In this document: one piece after another, positions 58,537 to 64,000 of the stretch
Layout: the number at the start of each line of letters is the position of its first letter
Position numbering within the stretch: position 1 is the first letter of the stretch
Source: Candidatus Saccharimonadales bacterium
GTDB taxonomy: Bacteria; Patescibacteriota; Saccharimonadia; QS-5-54-17
Assembly: GCA_040903985.1 (NCBI GenBank)
Contig: JBBDUI010000002.1
Span: forward strand, 104,204-168,203
Length of the DNA stretch: 64,000 nt
Direction: 5' to 3'
Made by a program: the position numbers and the translations under genes
The notes under the pieces: model-generated
Database searches by the model: none
The model's input: the letters and a program-made list of their open reading frames with translations, nothing else
Told to the model about the DNA's origin: nothing

Positions 58537-58598
58537 ACTACTAAGGATACAGGCTAGCTAAGATTCGGCATAGGTACCACCCATTTCCACAACGCAAA

Positions 58599-58623
58599 AC
58601 AGGCACCCCAATGGGGTGCCTGT
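58599..58623 (-). terminator. Intrinsic terminator
   Basis: acaggcacccca-a-tggggtgcctgt, with TTT on the minus strand. Confidence 0.8.
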
Positions 58624-58647
58624 AAGCTAGAGCTAACTTAAGAGAGA

Positions 58648-59910
58648 TTAGTTCTCTAGTAGGCTAGCTAGCAGCTTGCGCCGTGAGCCGAACCAGTTAC
58701 GGATACCGACACCGAGAGCGCCACTACCGAAGATTCCTCCGAGTAGTCCACCGATACCGGTTTGCGGCAGTTGGGCTGGTAGCTCTTCGTCACCCTTCTC
58801 ACAGTCGATTTTGACATCGGTGTGAGCTGTGTTGTAGAACTCGTTCATGCCTTCGGGTCGTACGACACCAACATTCTTCAGAGTGTAAGTGCCACACTTC
58901 TCAAATACGTTAACCGGGTCCACTTTAACGCGGAAGGTCACGTACCCAGCTGCACCGGGAGCATAATCGCCCACCATGATGCCGCCTTGCCAGACATTGT
59001 TACTGCCGGCTGCCACACCATCCGGGTAGTTACCATTCATGATGGTTGTACTTCCCGGGATGTAGGACAGGTAGTCGGGTAGGTTATCTCCCACCGTAAC
59101 GTCTTCTAGGGTTACGTTACCCTTGTTCTCGAACCGTATCCGATACTCAAGGATGTCTTCCGGACGAGCCTGATTCTTCAACTTCCAGCTAGTCTCGCCT
59201 CGGGTTACGTTACGCACATACTTGTTTACCTTGATAGCTTCCGCTTTTACGCGGGCTAAGATAGTAACGGTCGACTGGTAAGCGAAACATGGACGATACT
59301 CATCCTCGATCACTATCCCACCGTTAACGATCGCGTCTCCGGCTGCACCTAAGTTCTCACTCACGTAGCAGCTATTAGGAGCCTCTTCGTCTTCAGTCTG
59401 ACAGCTAGTATTACCATCAGCTGCGCCCTTGTTGTGGCGCCACTGTACACCACCATCAGTGCTACTCGAGCCTTCGCCGTAGGCAATGTACTCTAAGTAG
59501 GCGTTATCTAAACTGAGGTTTACACCTGCAGTAGTTGTGACGGTATCGGCATTATCAGCACCAACCGTAGCGGTTATAGTCTGATTTTTGCCCCGTGTGC
59601 TAGGCACGTCAATTGCAACTTTGAGATTCTCCGCATCTTTGCCAGAATCAAACTCTTCCATATTGTGATACCAGACCTGAATCTGTACCACATCGTCTAC
59701 CATCGCACTTACGTTATCTTGGTAGCCGCTGCTTGTGTTAAGGTTCATGACCTTAACATCGGCTTCTAACCGTACTTCGTTATCCTGTGCCATTACGCCA
59801 CCGTCGCTTACGATCGGGGCTGCCATCGCTGAAAGCGATAGAACAAAGATAGCAGCTACTGCTACCACTTGCTTGGGCACATAGGTTAGGTAATTCAATA
59901 TATTACGCAT
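58648..59910 (-). CDS. Secreted DUF11-like surface protein with LPQTG tail
   Basis: Signal peptide; LEYRIRFENKG...DNLPDYLSYIPGST; LPQTG, TM, RRK. Confidence 0.82.
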   Translation of the reverse strand: MRNILNYLTYVPKQVVAVAAIFVLSLSAMAAPIVSDGGVMAQDNEVRLEADVKVMNLNTSSGYQDNVSAMVDDVVQIQVWYHNMEEFDSGKDAENLKVAIDVPSTRGKNQTITATVGADNADTVTTTAGVNLSLDNAYLEYIAYGEGSSSTDGGVQWRHNKGAADGNTSCQTEDEEAPNSCYVSENLGAAGDAIVNGGIVIEDEYRPCFAYQSTVTILARVKAEAIKVNKYVRNVTRGETSWKLKNQARPEDILEYRIRFENKGNVTLEDVTVGDNLPDYLSYIPGSTTIMNGNYPDGVAAGSNNVWQGGIMVGDYAPGAAGYVTFRVKVDPVNVFEKCGTYTLKNVGVVRPEGMNEFYNTAHTDVKIDCEKGDEELPAQLPQTGIGGLLGGIFGSGALGVGIRNWFGSRRKLLASLLEN

Positions 59911-60301
59911 ATGTCTCTCCTCTTCTTATTCCTCATCAATTTATTAAACTATATTTATCAGTAATCGTCAATAGTAATCTAGTTGTAACTGGGTTTTATG
60001 AATGTTAAGGTGCGCTTTATCTTATGACCGCCGACAAACTACATACATATCCACGTTAGGTGTTACAGGTACAGGATTGAGATTCGGATGGAATTCGATC
60101 GACGGGGTTAGCCATCAATCTACTCATCAAACGAAATCTACCAATCCTGGTACCTTAGTGTTCGAACACTACCTCATCGCTTACGCGATAAGGTTCTTAC
60201 AACTATCAACGACTCATCTCGGCCACCCCACCTAGGATACGGGGCCCTCGAGGGAGACGAGCGTCGATAGCTACTGTCTCCCGCCGAAGCGGGACGAAGA
60301 C

Positions 60302-61879
60302 TCAGACGTTGGGATAGTCCGTGTCCTCGTCAGGGTCACCCCGTGGATCACGCCCATTGTTCTGAGCGGGAGTGTCGGAATCCCCGTCACTCGTCCCCTT
60401 GTCGGGATTCGTGGTGTGGGAAGTCCCATCATCTTCCGAGTTGTCGTCCGCCGCATCGCTGGGTTCGTCAGTACCGCCACCAGGGGCTTTACCGCCGTCC
60501 TTCGAATTGGGAACTTCAACGTCGTCCTTGGTCGGATCGAGTTCGTGACATATGCCGGAATCGATGCACTTGCGTGCCTCGTCCTGGTTCTTGTGCGTCT
60601 CCTCGGCGTCGCCACGGTCGTGCCCGAGTGTAGGATCGACCTCGTCGTCGCGTTCATCCTGCTCTTCCGGACCGGAATCTTCCTCAGCACAGAACTCACC
60701 GTCGAAAACCGGCTTGCCCGCCTCATCGAAGCACTTGAGCTCCGGTTGCTCGGGCTGTTGCGGCTTGTCGGGTTGATCCGGCTGGTCCGGCTGCTGCGGC
60801 TTGTCCGGCTGATCCGGCTGCTTAGGCTGCTCCGGCTTGTCCGGTTGCGGGACGATTTTCTCGGCCCGAGCGTTGCCACAGTCGGCCCGAATGTTGCCGG
60901 ACTCGACGACCTCACCTTGGGTGTTGGTGTACACCCAGAGCAGATCGCCAGCCTGAACCTTGCGAGGCGTAGTGATGAACACCGCTGAACCGTCCTTGTA
61001 ACGGTAGTAGGTGTTCGCCTCATACTGCGCCGGCACAGTGACCTGTGTCAGCAGGTAACCTTCGCCGCGCAGTGCCCGCTGGTAGTCCGCCTCCGAGAGT
61101 GAATCCCGGAGTGCGGCCCGAGCGGCACTGGCTTCTGGACTGTCCGAGTTGAGAAACTCGACCAGCTCCGCGTGGGTGCTGATCGGCTTCTCGCTGAACG
61201 AGGTATCTCCTCGCTCAGTCGGATCGTCGATGAAGTCGCCACAGCGGAAGTCCTCGGTGGCGAAGCGCTGCTCCTCGAACCACGTAGCTACAGCAGTCGG
61301 GCACTCGACCGACTCCGAAGAGCCGATGGCACTCGTCTGCGTAGCCGGTGGTGAAGCATCCTGCTCCTCCGCCTGCTCCGCCAGCTGGGCTGCCAGCTCA
61401 TCGTTCTGCTCGCGCAGAGCGGCCAGCTCGGCCTCGCTCTCGGCATTGGCGCTACTCAGCTCGTTGAGCTGAGCGCTCAGTCGATCGATCCGGTCCTGGA
61501 GTTCGTCCGGAACCGAGACCTCGGTCGACTCGACACTGGCCAGGTCTTCCTGATCGACTTCGCCGGCGAGGATGTTCTCCATCTCCTGCTGCAGGTCGCT
61601 GATGTGCACGAACTGAATCGTGTTCATCGCAACCAGACCGAAGATCACCAGACCAGCCACAAGTGGCGGCCAGCTGATCTTTCGGGTCGTAGTGGTCAGC
61701 CGCACGGTGCCGTTCTCCAGCCGCTGCCGGCTAGCAGAACGAACGCGAGTGGCCCGGTCAGCCAGCGAAGCCTTGATCGGCTTGCTCGTCGGCGCTGACA
61801 TCGCGGAGTTCGCCAACCGCCCGTTCTGAACGAGCAGGGCGAAGACTGCGATTATCAACACCACAGTAATGGTGTCCAA
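60302..61879 (-). CDS. GC-rich membrane-anchored protein with coiled coil, PxQ/PDK repeats and acidic tail
   Basis: AAGGAGGTGAGG before TTG; two hydrophobic segments; RADCGN; (PDQ/PDK/PQQ)n at about 60740-60850. Confidence 0.8.
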   Translation of the reverse strand: MDTITVVLIIAVFALLVQNGRLANSAMSAPTSKPIKASLADRATRVRSASRQRLENGTVRLTTTTRKISWPPLVAGLVIFGLVAMNTIQFVHISDLQQEMENILAGEVDQEDLASVESTEVSVPDELQDRIDRLSAQLNELSSANAESEAELAALREQNDELAAQLAEQAEEQDASPPATQTSAIGSSESVECPTAVATWFEEQRFATEDFRCGDFIDDPTERGDTSFSEKPISTHAELVEFLNSDSPEASAARAALRDSLSEADYQRALRGEGYLLTQVTVPAQYEANTYYRYKDGSAVFITTPRKVQAGDLLWVYTNTQGEVVESGNIRADCGNARAEKIVPQPDKPEQPKQPDQPDKPQQPDQPDQPDKPQQPEQPELKCFDEAGKPVFDGEFCAEEDSGPEEQDERDDEVDPTLGHDRGDAEETHKNQDEARKCIDSGICHELDPTKDDVEVPNSKDGGKAPGGGTDEPSDAADDNSEDDGTSHTTNPDKGTSDGDSDTPAQNNGRDPRGDPDEDTDYPNV

Positions 61880-62068
61880 CGTACCTCACCTCCTTAAAGG
61901 TGATAGGTTGACCGGCACGGTTGTGCCGATGAGTTATCTGCACTCCCCCGTATGTAGGAAGCAGCCTAAGCCGCGAGTACAGCGGCCCACGCCGCTTCCT
62001 ACACAGAAAAAGTACGGATTAAGTTATATAGTCTAAATGTTCAAACACTAACTGCTCTTGCTAGTAGC

Positions 62069-62109
62069 AAAAGCAGGCGCCTAGATATAATATCCAGACG
62101 CCTGCTTTT
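62069..62109. terminator. Terminator-like hairpin upstream of the 61879 gene
   Basis: aaaagcaggcg...cgcctgctttt. Confidence 0.65.
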
Positions 62110-62365
62110 GTGATTCTACCGCATCTTGAGCAGTTCATGTCTATGTATGTAGTTTGTCAAAGCGCTCTAACACCAACATGGGTTCCACCTCACACTGGCT
62201 AGATACTTATAACCTTAACACTTTTACTACTTACTGTCAACTATTTCCCGACTAAATCTACCCCTTGTCAAATAGCTTATGATTAGCACTACTAAGCGCT
62301 TATTCTAAACATAAGCATAATAATCCCGTGAACGAGTCCGCTCCTATGCCCGGTAGGGGCTACAT

Positions 62366-64000
62366 TTACGCTCCGGTAGCGCGCGCTAGCTGCTCATTAG
62401 TCACTACCACCCGTTCGCCCACCTCCAGCCAGCGCTCTCCCAGCTGGTTCTGTAAGGCGTCGACCTCTCCCATAGTGGGGGCTCGGCCCAAATAGTCCTG
62501 CAGTGAGTGCTCGGCCGCCCGCCATAAGCTGTCGGTCTGATCCCCGGGCATAGCGGTAATCTCATAACCATCTGCAGTCTTTGCTATATAGCCTTCTGGC
62601 AGACTCTCACCAAACGAATCATTAACTTCCGACTCCGCCTCAGCTTCCTGTTCTAACTGCTCGGTTAGCTCGGCTTCACGTTCTCGTTCCTGCTGCAATT
62701 CAGCCTCTAACTCCTCGGCTCGCTCGGCCTCTTCGGCGATATCAGACTCTAGCTGGTCAAGCTGCTGTGTGACTTCAGGGTTACCAGATCCGGGAACGGG
62801 CGTAGTCTCTGTCGTGTCCGGATCGTTACCACTGACAAAATCTTTCAGTTCATCGTAGTTCTCTATCGCCCAACCGATACCGAAACCGACGGCCGCACCA
62901 CCTACTGCACCGGCTAAGGCGCGGCGCTTGCGACGAGTTACCTCACTAGCCTGATCCGTGGCAGCCTCGTACTCACTAATAGAGCGGCGCTGCAGATCAA
63001 CACTCTGGGTGCTGGCGACGGTAGTCAGATCCTCATCCTCGATCTTCTGCAATTTTCCTCCGTCACGCTTCTGATACTCCGCCAGGGTCTGGTAGCTACG
63101 CTCATAATCAGTGTGATTGGACTGCAGTAGGGTGGCTAGCTCATAGTGGTCAGCCTGCTTCTGGTACTGTTCATAACTTACCGGCTGCTCGGTCGTCTCG
63201 GAGTAAGCCGTATAGCTAGCTTGGCGGTCTGGACTGGTGCCACCAGTTTGTTCTTGACTTCGACGCTTAGCCTCCCGTGTAAAGTAACCCTTGCCAAGTC
63301 GGCTACCAAATAAGCCACCGGCTGCTGCCAAGCCACCGGCTGCACCCAAGACGGCACTACCGGCCGCAATAGCACCAATACCTAGAACCACCTTAGTGAC
63401 TTTATTCTGTCGCGCGTACCACTCGGTAACTTTCTTACCGGTAGAGTTTTCTTTCGTTAGATAATAGTTAGCTTCCTCGCCCATCAAGGCGCCGCTCTCC
63501 CTCGCCATAAAAATAGCTGCTAAAGCTCGACGCTGCGGCAGACTGGCCTCAGAGTCAGCTAGTACTTCGGCTAAATAGGCCCGCGTTGCAATCTGATAGG
63601 CTTCACGCGCCTCTTCCAGTTGGGCTTCTTCTGAACTGCGGCGAAAGCCCAGCTTACCGCGACGGACACTAACCTGGGCTTCCGCTAGAGAAGCTCGCGC
63701 CGTAATTAAAGCAGCCAGCGACTCGCCAGTCTCTACTTCGACTTCTTTATAACTACCATCGGCCCCATACTCACGACGAGTAGCAAATAGTGACACGTGC
63801 TCATCAAAGTACTTGCGTCCCCACTGTTCGTGCTTGCTCTCCTCGTATTTGGGTGGATCAGGCTGAGTATTATTGCGCCGCGGATCTCCGGCAGCGCGTT
63901 GGCGGTTGTGAGTCTGGCGGCTCTTATCTCCGCGCCGATTATACTTACCTGACTTATCAGCTGGCTCGTCCTCAACTCCTGTGTTATTGGCCCGATCTGC
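62366..64000 (-). CDS. Large glycine-zipper membrane protein, 5' partial (frame open to window end)
   Basis: No stop between 63796 and 64000 in frame; GAAGGLAAAGGLFG and AGAVGGAAVGFGIG; coiled coil; possible LysM-like end (GDQTDSLWRAA...LEVGERV). Confidence 0.75.
   Translation of the reverse strand, partial: ADRANNTGVEDEPADKSGKYNRRGDKSRQTHNRQRAAGDPRRNNTQPDPPKYEESKHEQWGRKYFDEHVSLFATRREYGADGSYKEVEVETGESLAALITARASLAEAQVSVRRGKLGFRRSSEEAQLEEAREAYQIATRAYLAEVLADSEASLPQRRALAAIFMARESGALMGEEANYYLTKENSTGKKVTEWYARQNKVTKVVLGIGAIAAGSAVLGAAGGLAAAGGLFGSRLGKGYFTREAKRRSQEQTGGTSPDRQASYTAYSETTEQPVSYEQYQKQADHYELATLLQSNHTDYERSYQTLAEYQKRDGGKLQKIEDEDLTTVASTQSVDLQRRSISEYEAATDQASEVTRRKRRALAGAVGGAAVGFGIGWAIENYDELKDFVSGNDPDTTETTPVPGSGNPEVTQQLDQLESDIAEEAERAEELEAELQQEREREAELTEQLEQEAEAESEVNDSFGESLPEGYIAKTADGYEITAMPGDQTDSLWRAAEHSLQDYLGRAPTMGEVDALQNQLGERWLEVGERVVVTNEQLARATGA

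Noticed and set aside
27501-58590. Scattered DnaA-box-like words (ttctccaca 27502, ttttccaca 32003, tgtggaaaa 49231, atttccaca 58583)
   Set aside because: Single, mismatched and not clustered; no dnaA nearby, so no oriC call
60740-60850. 9-nt-period repeats that might suggest a CRISPR or VNTR array
   Set aside because: They are degenerate in-frame codons for PDQ/PDK/PQQ; no constant repeat with unique spacers was seen anywhere in the window
62061-62138. 25-codon minus-strand ORF MNCSRCGRITKAGVWILYLGACFCY
   Set aside because: No SD site and mostly coincides with a terminator-like hairpin; cannot be supported without Ribo-seq
1051-63975. Many short antisense or alternate-frame ORFs in the track (for example 1051-1347, 4127-4549, 7971-8561, 10028-10510, 20425-20862, 60271-61023, 60416-60988)
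   Set aside because: They lie inside well-supported genes and have no motifs or start signals; treated as shadow ORFs

Overview
Chromosomal segment of a small-genome bacterium. Gene content and layout point to Patescibacteria/CPR, probably Saccharibacteria-like (inference): DUF3048, single-domain receivers with PAS kinases, a sigma-r4/HARE-HTH gene next to a VirD4-like ATPase, a dcw cluster without Mur ligases or ftsA/ftsZ, and ftsEX-CHAP-CtpA. Housekeeping genes include der, pth, dprA, topA, mraZ-rsmH-ftsL-ftsI-mraY-ftsW-murG-ftsQ, glyS, recO, xseAB, rpmA, pyrG, ftsEX, prfB and tRNA-Glu(CTC). No CRISPR array, rRNA, intact transposase or integrase was seen. The main unexplained pattern is two contrasting gene architectures. 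Many ordinary genes look leaderless (-10 box 6-9 nt before the start) and are CTAG-rich. Five scattered cassettes (about 6.4-7.5, 12.4-13.0, 13.9-14.8, 21.9-23.1 and 60.2-62.2 kb) instead have their own sigma70 promoter, GC-rich orphan ORFs with Shine-Dalgarno sites (six exact AAGGAG-N6-start) and large structured 3' ends; four of them also have boxA-like motifs and structured leaders. One cassette is headed by a 142-nt tRNA-like RNA with a 68-nt structured insertion in the anticodon loop. Other candidates: a C-rich sRNA beside dprA, a structured RNA between mraZ and rsmH, unannotated micro-ORFs, a GAAC-N7-GAAC operator-like repeat, a consensus promoter antisense to ftsQ, and a radC-fic-truncated hsdM remnant. 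All calls come from reading the sequence; no searches or folding programs were run.
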